Source: Candidatus Thorarchaeota archaeon (lineage in GTDB: Archaea; Asgardarchaeota; Thorarchaeia; Thorarchaeales; Thorarchaeaceae). Taken from it: a stretch of 64,000 nt of DNA. Position numbers and translations under genes: made by a program. The notes under the pieces are model-generated. The model did no database searches, was not told the DNA's origin, and saw nothing but the letters and a program-made list of their open reading frames with translations. The stretch spans positions 1 through 64,000 of the forward strand of contig DXJO01000020.1 in the NCBI GenBank assembly GCA_019057475.1. Direction: 5' to 3'. Shown here in pieces: positions 31,273-41,309 of the stretch (positions within the stretch are counted from its first letter, which is position 1; every line of letters begins with the position of its first letter).

Positions 31273-31346
31273 TGCGGCCACCGGGATTTGAACCCGGGCG
31301 AGAAGCTTGGGAAGCTTCCATCCTAACCAAACTAGACCATGGCCGC
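31273..31346 (-). tRNA. tRNA-Gly(CCC)
   Basis: GCGGCCA..GAAGC TT CCC AA GCTTC..CCGGG TTCAAAT CCCGG TGGCCGC A. Confidence 0.95.
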
Positions 31347-31450
31347 TTGGCAGCTCGCCTTGTATCACAAGATAAAAAAAAGGTATCGGCATAGGGAATC
31401 TGTGTGACGCTAGAAGTGCCGCAAGAATATCCTTATCTTGAGTTCATGGA

Positions 31451-32608
31451 GTGGGGATTCTCGAGATTGATCATATGTCTTCCCAAGAGCAGTCTGTGAA
31501 TTTCTGGCAGGGAAACCACGCCTGTGCGGAAGCTGCAATTGCCGCAGGGTGCAGATTCTTTGCAGGCTATCCGATAACTCCTGCTTCGGAGATTGCAGAA
31601 ATAATGGCGCGCCGTTTGCCAGAAGTGAGAGGCGTTTATCTCCAGATGGAGGACGAGATTGGAGCGATTTCAGCAGTCATTGGTAGTTCATGGGGTGGAA
31701 AGCTCACAATGACTGCCACTTCGGGACCTGGATTCAGTCTGATGCAGGAAAACATCGGATATGCCATTATGACTGAAACTCCCTGTGTAATTGTTAACGT
31801 GCAACGTGCTGGACCTAGTACAGGACAAGCTACGAAAGCAGCCCAGGGCGACTTTATGCAGGCCAGATGGGGAACCCACGGGGACCATGAGAGCATTGTC
31901 TTGGCACCAAGCTCCGCTCAAGAAACTTATGAGCTTACAGTAAGAGCATTCGAGTTATCAGAACACCTCCGGCATCCTGTAATACTCCTCTCTGACGAAA
32001 TAGTGGCACATTCCCGAGAGAGAGTGGTTGTGAGTCCCAACCAAAACGTTACCATCAATAGAAGACTAGCAAGAGTCGGTGATCTGCCGTATGGAGCAGT
32101 TGACGAGGAAGGCAAATCAATGATGCCGAGGTTTGGAGATGGCCACAATCTACTTGTCACTGGTTCCACTCACGATGAACATGGCTTCAGGAAGACTGCT
32201 GATCCTAGGGTCCATGATGAACTTGTACGCAGATTGGCAATGAAGATTCAGGAGAATCGCGATCTCCTAGCTGATGTTGTTGTTGCCGGCCCCTCAGAAG
32301 CTGAATGGGGTGTCGTTTCATTTGGCTGTACTTCCAGGTCAGTTGATGAAGTCATGGCCACTGGCACCAGTGCAAGCTCAATCAGATCTCTAAGACTGCG
32401 TACTCTTTGGCCATTCCCGGACAAGGAGATTAAGGAGTTTGCCCATACTGTGGAGCGATTACTCGTGCCGGAGCTCAACTTGGGGCAGTTGGCAGGAGAA
32501 GTGTCGCGTGCAGTTGGCGAATCCGTCGGTGTAGTATCTCTTAACAAGATTGGGGGAGGCCTCATGATTGAGCCTGATGAGATAGCTGCTGCGATGGCTT
32601 CAGTTTGA
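31451..32608 (+). CDS. korA: 2-oxoacid:ferredoxin oxidoreductase alpha subunit
   Basis: GNHA, FAGYPITPASE, QMEDE, TATSGPGFSLMQE, VQRAGPSTG, ELNLGQ. Confidence 0.92.
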   Translation: MGILEIDHMSSQEQSVNFWQGNHACAEAAIAAGCRFFAGYPITPASEIAEIMARRLPEVRGVYLQMEDEIGAISAVIGSSWGGKLTMTATSGPGFSLMQENIGYAIMTETPCVIVNVQRAGPSTGQATKAAQGDFMQARWGTHGDHESIVLAPSSAQETYELTVRAFELSEHLRHPVILLSDEIVAHSRERVVVSPNQNVTINRRLARVGDLPYGAVDEEGKSMMPRFGDGHNLLVTGSTHDEHGFRKTADPRVHDELVRRLAMKIQENRDLLADVVVAGPSEAEWGVVSFGCTSRSVDEVMATGTSASSIRSLRLRTLWPFPDKEIKEFAHTVERLLVPELNLGQLAGEVSRAVGESVGVVSLNKIGGGLMIEPDEIAAAMASV

Positions 32609-34902
32609 ATACCAAACGGTTCTACACTCGATTGGCCGTCCTGTCTGCGTTCGCCCACTGAGATTGTGAGTGTCAGATTCGTTCGCATCCAGATGAGAAT
32701 ATCTAGAAACCTGTTCGTAGTTTCGAGCCACGGACTGCTTACTTCGAGTGTGATGTTGTGAACTCCGGGATTGATCCAAAGAGGCAGCGGAATCGAGCCA
32801 AGTAGGCTTGGACTTAGATTCATCCATACGAAGAATGGATCTCCACTATTATCAACAAAGACACTGACATTGATTGAACTCGGGATGCTGCCATTGTCAT
32901 CATGGACATCTAGACTCATGGCGATGGTTTCTCCATAGAATGCCTCCATAATCACGATATCTGCATCCATGGTCCCATAAACAATCAGTTCGAAATCAAA
33001 TGGCCCTATTGCGATGTATTTTGTATTATTGATGCTTACAGTAATCGTATGCATACCAAGAATCACATTGTGAGCTATTGTAAACGTGAAATTCACGGTC
33101 GTATCAGTTAGGATGATTTCAGTTGTGGAGAGCTGGTGTTCGCTATCTAGAAGAGCTATCCCAATGGTCTGTTGGAAAGCCCATTCGGACTCTATCAAGA
33201 AACTGACAGTTGTAGTTTGACCGCGCACAGCGTCCCATATTGTATGGACAGAAGAGAATGTAAGAGGATAGTATGTCATGAACTCAAGGAGAAGTGTTGT
33301 TTCACAGACATGCTTCGAGGGCTCGTCAAGAATGACTAATGAGTAGTTCGCCAGTCCCACTTGTGTTCCCGGAGTTGTGTACCATTGCAGCAGAATCAGA
33401 CCAATCATGTCGCTCGTACCGGTTGCCAATACATAGCCCGTAGAATTGAAAAGTTCGACAGAGATGCTTCCAACGTCAGCATCCAGTGGGTCCGTCAGAT
33501 GTAGCAATACTGCAGTTTCATAGCCAAGAGCCGAAGGAAACAATATTTCGTGGGTGACCTCTGGGATGAATGAAACAATGAGTGGTTCCTGGTAATGCAT
33601 CTGGACGTAGTGAGTTGTTTCATTTGTTTGAACTGAGATTACTCCCATGCCCCAGCTTGTTTCTGGAATCAGGAAGGAGTGCCTGAAGCAACCGGATTCA
33701 TTAGTCGCCCCTTGGGTTATGATTTCTGTACTGTTTCCGATTGTAAGACTAACAGATAGTGGAATGGCGCTGATTGTAGTGTTGGCCGCCTGGTCTGTCA
33801 CGATAATTTCAATGGTAATTGACTGTCCACATATGGCAGGCTGTGCACTCTCGACATTGACAATCACATCTCGTTGGATGGCAGCAATCAATACAGAAGT
33901 TGTAGCTACTTGATACGAGGGGTTGGTTGCAGTTACATTTACCCGATAAAGTCCAGGATCTACTGCAAAAGCAATTGTGGAACTGTATGTACCGTTTCCT
34001 AGGCTAGTCATGTTTCCGTTTGCGAATTCAGTATTCCATCTAACTATACTATCGTTTATTGGCTCTGAGAGATGATTAAGATGTTTCACACGCAAATCAG
34101 CCAAGTTAACATGGCTCCCGTCGTGTAACTGACAGTGTACTGAGTCAGAATACGAGGTCGCAATCAGGCTAGATTCCGGGGGTTGAACAGTGAGTGTGAG
34201 AGATTCTGAAAGTGGATGAAATGCATCGGTGCCATTACACGAAACAGTGAGATTGTAGTCCCCAGGTGGTCCCAGCGATGAATTCCAGTTCACTGTGACT
34301 TCACCGTTATTGTCTGTCGTGTCGTTCGAGTGCACCACTAATTCGCTATCCGCGTTATAGATATCTATGGAAACTGGACTATTTGAGAGAGTTATGTTGC
34401 TGTTGTGTGCGCTCACAATCCTAAGGCTAAAGCTCTTGTCTGTGCCATAGGGGACAGATAGTGGCTCCAGCGCATATGCTGTTAGTGGACCCCTGGTTAT
34501 GTTAATCCCTATGATTTCACTGGCTCCTTGGGAATAGCCATCGAAGGCTTCGACATTAAAGATGACAAAGCCACTGGTCCCATTGACGCCTGGGAACGTA
34601 TGCTCAGGCTGGATTATGTATGAGGAGAGAAGAATCCTAGTGTCGGGTGATGGCGGTATGAAATAGTCGTCATCAAAGACAGGCCCGAAGTCTGTAACTA
34701 TTGCGAAAGAAACGTAGCACCATCCATCCTCGCTGAAATCAGCAGTGACCTTGGCCACCATGTGAATGGTTTCGCCAACCTCGTATGTTAGCATATCGGT
34801 TTCGAAGTAGTCAAACTCGAAGTAGAAGGCGCTAACTGGCGAAATCAGACCAAAGGCGATGAATACTGCGATTGCAACAATAGCCAGTGCGTTTCGATTC
34901 AA
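32248..34902 (-). CDS. Large secreted/surface protein with tandem beta-sandwich (Ig-like) repeats
   Basis: Signal peptide ending VSA; repeated T.NG...W/G.Y.L.V motifs and many NxS/T sequons; no obvious C-terminal TM; 3' end overlaps korA antisense. Confidence 0.75.
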   Translation of the reverse strand: MNRNALAIVAIAVFIAFGLISPVSAFYFEFDYFETDMLTYEVGETIHMVAKVTADFSEDGWCYVSFAIVTDFGPVFDDDYFIPPSPDTRILLSSYIIQPEHTFPGVNGTSGFVIFNVEAFDGYSQGASEIIGINITRGPLTAYALEPLSVPYGTDKSFSLRIVSAHNSNITLSNSPVSIDIYNADSELVVHSNDTTDNNGEVTVNWNSSLGPPGDYNLTVSCNGTDAFHPLSESLTLTVQPPESSLIATSYSDSVHCQLHDGSHVNLADLRVKHLNHLSEPINDSIVRWNTEFANGNMTSLGNGTYSSTIAFAVDPGLYRVNVTATNPSYQVATTSVLIAAIQRDVIVNVESAQPAICGQSITIEIIVTDQAANTTISAIPLSVSLTIGNSTEIITQGATNESGCFRHSFLIPETSWGMGVISVQTNETTHYVQMHYQEPLIVSFIPEVTHEILFPSALGYETAVLLHLTDPLDADVGSISVELFNSTGYVLATGTSDMIGLILLQWYTTPGTQVGLANYSLVILDEPSKHVCETTLLLEFMTYYPLTFSSVHTIWDAVRGQTTTVSFLIESEWAFQQTIGIALLDSEHQLSTTEIILTDTTVNFTFTIAHNVILGMHTITVSINNTKYIAIGPFDFELIVYGTMDADIVIMEAFYGETIAMSLDVHDDNGSIPSSINVSVFVDNSGDPFFVWMNLSPSLLGSIPLPLWINPGVHNITLEVSSPWLETTNRFLDILIWMRTNLTLTISVGERRQDGQSSVEPFGIQTEAIAAAISSGSIMRPPPILLRDTTPTDSPTARDTSPANCPKLSSGTSNRSTVWANSLISLSGNGQRVRSLRDLIELALVPVAMTSSTDLEVQPNETTPHSASEGPATTTSARRSRFS

Positions 34903-35023
34903 TCATCACACCAAACGTCAGTCATCATGTTACCTAAAAAACAGCACTTGATATAGCGACAGGTTTAATTCAAGACCGCTCAGCGTCAGTGCGACACTGA
35001 AGGAACACGGAGTGCAGTAAGCG

Positions 35024-35389
35024 ATGGTCATCAGGTTAAGGAATGCTACAATCGATGCGATTGAAGACACAGAAACAAAAAGATTGAAGCTTCTGAGAAT
35101 TATTTCCAAGACTGAAGGAGCCAAATTGACATTGGAACTTCCAGAAGCACTTTGTGACAAAATGAATGTGCGTGATGGCATCGTGGTGATTGTCGATTCC
35201 AAACCAATTGCGAGAGGGGACAAGAGCAAGCTCTATGCAGAGGGCGATATCTTCAAGATTGGAGGGAATGGTGACTTAGAGATGGTGGGAGCGATAGGCG
35301 GTTTGAGGGTCGTCCTTACCCTTGCCAACCCAACGCCAGCGAAGAAGAAAATGTTTGCTGCTGACAAATTCTATTTGATGCTCTCATAA
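35024..35389 (+). CDS. rpo8: RNA polymerase subunit Rpo8 (Rpb8 homolog)
   Basis: 121 aa OB-fold pattern; LYAEGDIFKI...AIGGLRVVL resembles Rpb8 YVMYGKVY...SYGGLLMRL. Confidence 0.7.
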   Translation: MVIRLRNATIDAIEDTETKRLKLLRIISKTEGAKLTLELPEALCDKMNVRDGIVVIVDSKPIARGDKSKLYAEGDIFKIGGNGDLEMVGAIGGLRVVLTLANPTPAKKKMFAADKFYLMLS

Positions 35390-35591
35390 CAATCTGGTAC
35401 GGTAACAAAATGGGGCTTTCAAATCCCTCGTCAGGAAATTTCTAGCAGGTAGGAGTGACAGCGCTGAATAGTTTCGGTGATCTCTCATTCTGAGGAGGCC
35501 ATCCGTAACTACTCTGCCTCTATGCAAGTCCATTCGAGTAAATGAACAGTTTCTGTGAACGTATTGAACCCTTCTGAAACTCAGTTATGAG

Positions 35592-36650
35592 TTGATGTCC
35601 GATTCGATACGGGTGTGGTCATTGACTGGTAGAATGATTGAATCATCGAGTCTGATGTCTTGGTCTTGTCCTGATTGTCGCGGGCGATTGCTACACAGTC
35701 AAGGATACATAGTATGTTCTGAATGCGGCATTGCAATCTCCAGAAAGTATGTCGATCCCACATATCAGATGGGTGAGCCTAAGCGTGGTGATGCTCCTGA
35801 TGCAACCATGTACGTTTCTCTCGGTAATAGGATGCATATTGTTGATGGGCTTGGCAGTTACATAGGGTTTCACAAGGACTGGTATTTTCGTGATGCAAAC
35901 GGCCATTCACTATCCGCAGCAAGCCAGAAAAGGTTCAAGCGTCTGAAGAGTATATACAGTACTCAAGTGCGAATTGGAACGAGTGAGGCGAAGTATCGTG
36001 CTCTTAGAACACTGAATCATGTGTCAAAGCTATTGATGCTGAATGAACAAGTGCGCGATCGCACTGCATACCTATACAAGAAAGTGGTTTCGGAATCTCC
36101 TAAGGTGACTAACAACATTCTGCTTATGGCAGTATGCCTCTTGATAGCAGTGAGGGAGTTCAAAGATGGTGCACCGATAACACTTGAAGAGATTGCTGAT
36201 GTTTTCGAGAAATGCGGACATAGAGTGAGCGTAAGATCAATTGTCAGAGAAGCACTTAGACTCAAGTCTATGATGGGATATGCTCCTCAGATTCGCAAGC
36301 CAAGGGACTATGTGCCCAGAGTTCTGTCAATGCTAATGAATAATCAGAGAGTCATAGGTAAGGTGAAGCTTCGTGGATGGGACTCGAAGGCCTATGAGAG
36401 TGCCCTTAGAGATAGAATCTTTGAAGTTCTTGAGTCGATTCCTGCGTCGAAACGTGGGGGACGGAATCCATTCATCTTTACCGTATCAGCAGCCTACGCT
36501 GGCGATCAGTTAATTGCCAATGAATATGGTAAACGGACGGTATTGACTCAAAAGCTTGCGTCGATAGCAACACAGGTTGCTGAATACAGTATTCGTGATC
36601 ACTTTGGTATGATGAAGAAGCTCATTCAACCTGTGGAAAAGACAGCCTAG
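35592..36650 (+). CDS. tfb: Divergent TFIIB/TFB paralog
   Basis: Zn ribbon CPDC-x13-CSECG, LGSYIG, two cyclin repeats (ITLEEIA; GRNP...AAY; TQK.....VAEYSIR); start may be 35655. Confidence 0.8.
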   Translation: MMSDSIRVWSLTGRMIESSSLMSWSCPDCRGRLLHSQGYIVCSECGIAISRKYVDPTYQMGEPKRGDAPDATMYVSLGNRMHIVDGLGSYIGFHKDWYFRDANGHSLSAASQKRFKRLKSIYSTQVRIGTSEAKYRALRTLNHVSKLLMLNEQVRDRTAYLYKKVVSESPKVTNNILLMAVCLLIAVREFKDGAPITLEEIADVFEKCGHRVSVRSIVREALRLKSMMGYAPQIRKPRDYVPRVLSMLMNNQRVIGKVKLRGWDSKAYESALRDRIFEVLESIPASKRGGRNPFIFTVSAAYAGDQLIANEYGKRTVLTQKLASIATQVAEYSIRDHFGMMKKLIQPVEKTA

Positions 36651-36803
36651 AAACGTCAGCGTGAATTCGAACTAACCCTGTTGAGTAGCGTGCTTTCGGC
36701 AGCAAACGGTGATACTAGTGAATGGATTAGTGGCACTGAGTAGGGGCAGATATCATCTCGGCTGGGTGCTTAAATCTCCAACAAAGAAAGTACTATTCGG
36801 CTG

Positions 36804-38513
36804 ATGAGTGGTAGGATGTGTCTTTTGATGACTAGTCGTGATGTACTTGTTGTAGAATGTCCTAATACGCGATGCAGCGGCTGTCGCTACTTTTCGGCCC
36901 CAGTATGTGCTAAACTTGAATCTCTACATGGTACCTCAAATCATCAAGCAAGGGCAATTCTTCTAGAAACTGAAAAGAAGCTTGTCCATCTTGGAGGACA
37001 CAACGTAGTGCTCCCACTGGAACCCCCTTGGCATGCTGAAGGCTGGGAGTCTATCTACATAGGCGAAAATGAATCAGGACTTCAAAATGTCGTTGACGCC
37101 TATGTAGTTGGGCCATATCTAGCTGTGTTCTATCTGCAAGAAAAGCATCAGATTATGTATAGGTCATATCCATTAGTTAGAACATCTCTTGAACTTGCTC
37201 TTTTAGATGAATTGTCTAACAAGACTGGGTATCTTACAAGTAGCCATTCGGATTTTAGAGTTAGTATTTCTGAGAGAGTCAGTGCCGTGTCATCCCAAGT
37301 TTCATCAAGTATCGCCGAATTACTTCCTGAGATAAGTGAATCAACCAAGGGGAGGATTTCAGATGTTGTTGCTCATAGAATGACTGTATTGGGATTGTTC
37401 TTCTCATTGTTGCTGGACGATGAAGTTGAAGAAGTCTTTCTGGACAGGCCAGGAGCAGTGCTATATTTTGATCATCAGAGATTTGGGCGATGTCATTCAA
37501 ATTTCATTTTGACTGACAAGATGGTGTCACGCCTTGTTACACTGATGCGAGCAGAAAGTAATCTACATCTGGACCGAGCGAACCCTTCATTAAAAACAGA
37601 CATGAGAATAGCCGGCACGATTCTTCGTTTTTCTGCATGTGTGCCACCATTAAGTCCAGACGGCCTGCACCTTGAAATTCGAAGAGCCCGATCTAGTCCA
37701 TTCACAATCTTGGATTTGATACATATTGGTACATTGACAGTTAGCGCAGCAGCAACACTACTTGTTGCCATAGCTGGACGTTTCAACATCACTATTACTG
37801 GAGGACCAGGTTCTGGCAAGACTACTTTGTTGAATGCACTGGATATGGTTACGCCAATCACTTGGAGAAAAATCTACATCGAGGATGCTGTTGAGAGCAG
37901 GTTGATTGAAGGGCACCATCAGGTCAGGATAAAAGTCGATCCAGTGGATGAGAGAAGTAGGCAATCTGACAAGAGCATTGAGATAGTGAAGAGCTTGCAT
38001 CGGTCCCCTGATTATCTGATTCTAGGTGAGATTCAGACAGCTGAACACAGCCAGGCGTTGTTTCAAGCGGTGGCAGCAGGACTTCGTACAATTCAGACAT
38101 GTCACAGCGACTCGGCAGCAAGTCTTATGTCTCGTTGGACCATAGGACACCAAGTTGATTCATCTAGCATTGCTTTGATGGACGTCATAGTTACACTTGA
38201 CAGGCCAGTGCCTGGACAGTCTAGACGTCATGTGAGGGAAATTGTTGAAGTAAGAAGAGATATTGACCATCGAGGCGTGGTCTTTGTGGGACTTAACAAG
38301 GTCTTTGATTTGCGAAATCCGGGAGCCGAAGTCGGAAGGTGGGCCAAGGACGGGGCATTCAGACTGCGTGCACAGATTGCCAGTTGTAAGGATTATGTCC
38401 AGGTGTTCGAGAAAGCAACTGAAGGCCTCGAATTCGCGCTTGAGGAAGCTGCTATAGACTCAGTAACCTCATTGGTCGAAGAGTTGTGGTGCGGTGAGCA
38501 CGATATGATTTAG
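36804..38513 (+). CDS. TadA/CpaF/VirB11-family secretion ATPase
   Basis: LLLDDEVEEVF, PPLSPDG..LEIRR, GGPGSGKTTLLNAL, IED, SPDYLILGEIQ, TCH; N-terminal Cys4 cluster. Confidence 0.88.
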   Translation: MSGRMCLLMTSRDVLVVECPNTRCSGCRYFSAPVCAKLESLHGTSNHQARAILLETEKKLVHLGGHNVVLPLEPPWHAEGWESIYIGENESGLQNVVDAYVVGPYLAVFYLQEKHQIMYRSYPLVRTSLELALLDELSNKTGYLTSSHSDFRVSISERVSAVSSQVSSSIAELLPEISESTKGRISDVVAHRMTVLGLFFSLLLDDEVEEVFLDRPGAVLYFDHQRFGRCHSNFILTDKMVSRLVTLMRAESNLHLDRANPSLKTDMRIAGTILRFSACVPPLSPDGLHLEIRRARSSPFTILDLIHIGTLTVSAAATLLVAIAGRFNITITGGPGSGKTTLLNALDMVTPITWRKIYIEDAVESRLIEGHHQVRIKVDPVDERSRQSDKSIEIVKSLHRSPDYLILGEIQTAEHSQALFQAVAAGLRTIQTCHSDSAASLMSRWTIGHQVDSSSIALMDVIVTLDRPVPGQSRRHVREIVEVRRDIDHRGVVFVGLNKVFDLRNPGAEVGRWAKDGAFRLRAQIASCKDYVQVFEKATEGLEFALEEAAIDSVTSLVEELWCGEHDMI

Positions 38514-38601
38514 ATTCATCTAGAGCAGTATAATCTTCAATAGATGCGATTTCTTGAAGGAGTTAAAATAGCACTCAAAGAGGTTAGTAGCTAGGTGTTA
38601 G

Positions 38602-38808
38602 TTGATGGTTGATAATGCTGACCTCCTTCATGATAATCACGCGGGTCCATTAGTAGAAGAGAGCTTGCTACTAGGTATAGCGGTAGTGACTGTTTCTATA
38701 GTAATTGCGGTAATCCTGCAAGCCACTGGTTGGGCTCAAGATGTAGTCACCAACCTTCTTCAGCTTTTGGAGAATAGCTGGAGTGACTTTGCTGGACTGG
38801 TCCCGTAA
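38602..38808 (+). CDS. Flp-like (type IV) pilin
   Basis: LLHDNHAG-PLVEESLLLGIAVV: class III signal-peptide-like leader, Glu near +5, hydrophobic helix; follows the TadA ATPase. Confidence 0.62.
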   Translation: MMVDNADLLHDNHAGPLVEESLLLGIAVVTVSIVIAVILQATGWAQDVVTNLLQLLENSWSDFAGLVP

Positions 38809-38971
38809 ATTTCACTTGCCTAACTGCAGCGCGTCCATGGAGCTACTCGCTCTGTTTCAGTCCGCATCAGATACACAGCAAGAATTGTATTTCGGAATGA
38901 AAATGTTTCAGTTCGTGGGAAAGCCTTATTTGTAGTTGGAGAGGTTTCGCGCTTCGGACTCGACTAGGATG

Positions 38972-39049
38972 GCTCCGGTAGTGTAGTCCGGCCCAGCATG
39001 GGGGACTCTCGATCCCCCGACCCGGGTTCGAATCCCGGCCGGAGCACCA
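38972..39049 (+). tRNA. tRNA-Glu(CTC), CCA encoded
   Basis: GCTCCGG..GGGGA CT CTC GA TCCCC..CCGGG TTCGAAT CCCGG CCGGAGC A CCA. Confidence 0.95.
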
Positions 39050-39059
39050 CCAATTTTTC

Positions 39060-41027
39060 TCAAGCTAACATATGTCGACGTCTAATTAATGGAATGCTAA
39101 CTAGGCTAATTGACAAGCAAAAACCGACAGCTAGGCCGATTATTCCGACGCCTTGAGCTGCTGAAACGTCGGCTTCTTCAATCACAATTACGATTGATCC
39201 TGCGTATGACTGAAGGGAATCTGACGCTTCCGATTCGTACGATAGAAGATAGCTACCCGGTGCGGATGGAATCATTAGCTGCAGATTGATGAAACCATCG
39301 TTACTGCTACCTATTTCCATATGAGCTGAGAGCCATACGTAACTTATTGGAATGCTTCTCAGTAATGACCCATTCAACGCTTGAATAGTAAGCTGAACGT
39401 GTATCTCCTTAAGCTGTGGTACTATCTCATAGTACTCGAAAATAATTATGACAGGTATCGTTTTAGCTACAGTGAAACTATATTCCAGGATGACTGAAAG
39501 TTCGTATGCTGACTCATTTCCGCTGCATGTTATTAGGAAAGCAAAGTGGCCTTCACTGGAAGGTGCAATGAAAGCCATGGTCGCGGTGCCGTCCTGATTG
39601 GTCATCGACTGTGCAACGAGAGTATTATCAATCGAGTAGACTTCCACTAGTTTGTTGGAGTAGTTGGTATTGTCGTTGATAAGATGGACTGCAAGTAATA
39701 TCTCCTGTCGGGGGGATGCGAATCCCATAATGTTGCTCTGATTCAGTGACAATGTAGGACGAAACCATACTGCTTCACTGAATCGGTGAGTTCCATTCGT
39801 GATGTATGGTGCCTCATTGACAATTACAACGAATTCCCTATCTCCTCTAGATCCTGTTATAGGTAGAAGAAGCAGAGTTGGGTTGTTGCTACCAGTCATG
39901 GGTTTTGTAACTGCTTCTTCAGTTAGTGTATCGAAAATTGTAATGGATGCATTGGGAATCGGTCGGTTTAGAATGTCGTGCACCATTACTGAAATTTCAA
40001 TTTCAGCCCCAGTGATAATGTACTCTGGCAAGAGTACTTCCATCAGCGCAGGGCTTGTGACAACAAAGTGAATTTGGAGAATTGAAGTGCTGTACCGGTC
40101 AGTTCCCATGTATTCAATTGTCAGTGTGTGATTGTTCAGAGAGATTGCCTCATCGATTTGCAAATCAAGAGTTGCTACGCCCGACCCGTTGGTCGTTATT
40201 GAGGACTGTGTTGTGCCATCAAGCGACACCATCATGAGGAAGCTAGGCAATGTTTCGTCGTTGGCCCAAAGCGTGATGGATAGAGTAATCGAATCATTCA
40301 AAGTAACAGTATCAGATAGAACATTATCGTGTTCAATAAGGGTTGCAATCTGCTCTATTGTCACGGAAAAGGATGACTCTGCGCTTTCTTGAAAAAGCGC
40401 CAAGTTCCCTTCGTAGATAACAGTAACAATATTCACACCCAGCTGTGCCCAAGAAGTGTTGCAGTGCAAAGAGAAACTAACATAGCCGGTGTCATTGGTG
40501 ATGCCAGAGCCAAGTAGTAAGGAATCACTGATTACCATAAGAGGGGCGTCTAAAAGTGGTTCGTTCATGTTGTCAAGCAGGCGGACTATGAGAGATAGAT
40601 CGTCGCCTGGCGCCAAGTCACTGTCCTCGACTTGAATCTCTATTGTTGTTGATGAAACAACTGTAAGTGGCATCCACTGACAAGAAGACGAGAGTGACAA
40701 CGATTGATTGCCACGAAAAGTCGCATTAATCATCATGAAACCCAATGGATGTCCGAACGGGAGGAGCCAATCTATGTGTGCAAAGCCATTTGAATCTGTC
40801 ATGTCGGAACCAAGAAACGAATCGTGGGTCTGGTCAAAGAATTCTATTCTCTGATGGGCAACTGGGTCGCCATAGGTCCCATTTTGCAACAACTGAGCAG
40901 TAATGGTTATGGTTTCCCCTCTGGAAACAACAGCTTCGCCTTCAGCAGAAACGGTAGGCATACTGCATGCGAATAGAAGAGAAATGGTAGCCAGAACAAT
41001 CAGCAAGGGAACTGCACTGTTTCTCAA
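39060..41027 (-). CDS. Membrane-anchored surface protein with tandem Ig-like repeats
   Basis: TTG start after GAGGAGG, signal peptide ending VSA, repeated T(D/N)xxG.A motifs, C-terminal TM followed by RRRH. Confidence 0.8.
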   Translation of the reverse strand: MRNSAVPLLIVLATISLLFACSMPTVSAEGEAVVSRGETITITAQLLQNGTYGDPVAHQRIEFFDQTHDSFLGSDMTDSNGFAHIDWLLPFGHPLGFMMINATFRGNQSLSLSSSCQWMPLTVVSSTTIEIQVEDSDLAPGDDLSLIVRLLDNMNEPLLDAPLMVISDSLLLGSGITNDTGYVSFSLHCNTSWAQLGVNIVTVIYEGNLALFQESAESSFSVTIEQIATLIEHDNVLSDTVTLNDSITLSITLWANDETLPSFLMMVSLDGTTQSSITTNGSGVATLDLQIDEAISLNNHTLTIEYMGTDRYSTSILQIHFVVTSPALMEVLLPEYIITGAEIEISVMVHDILNRPIPNASITIFDTLTEEAVTKPMTGSNNPTLLLLPITGSRGDREFVVIVNEAPYITNGTHRFSEAVWFRPTLSLNQSNIMGFASPRQEILLAVHLINDNTNYSNKLVEVYSIDNTLVAQSMTNQDGTATMAFIAPSSEGHFAFLITCSGNESAYELSVILEYSFTVAKTIPVIIIFEYYEIVPQLKEIHVQLTIQALNGSLLRSIPISYVWLSAHMEIGSSNDGFINLQLMIPSAPGSYLLSYESEASDSLQSYAGSIVIVIEEADVSAAQGVGIIGLAVGFCLSISLVSIPLIRRRHMLA

Positions 41028-41309
41028 GATAGACTCCTCCTCAATTTGTGTTTTGATCTCCGTTTGCCTGCGCCTTTCTTGCTCTAACACGAAGCAGCAG
41101 GTCTGAATCACTCTAATGTGGGTCGTGAACTGGGGCTATTAACCTCCTACCGTTTCTGTGTTGTTTCTCAGTGAGCCAGATTGTAGGATAACTGAGGGGA
41201 GTTCTTATGGAGAAATCTGAAACCATGAACTGACTGCATATCTATGCTAAAGAAATTGGGTATTGTCATCCACAACGGATGAAATCCGCCCTAACACACG
41301 GCCTAGAAT

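Noticed and set aside
31018-31392. 124 aa minus-strand ORF
   Set aside because: Overlaps tRNA-Gly; spurious
36676-36745. Hammerhead ribozyme or c-di-GMP riboswitch
   Set aside because: Core motifs do not match (CTGTTGA and CAAAC instead of CUGANGA and GAAA)
31273-39049. Integrated element between tRNA-Gly and tRNA-Glu
   Set aside because: No integrase or duplicated tRNA 3' end seen; the interval contains core genes (korA, rpo8)
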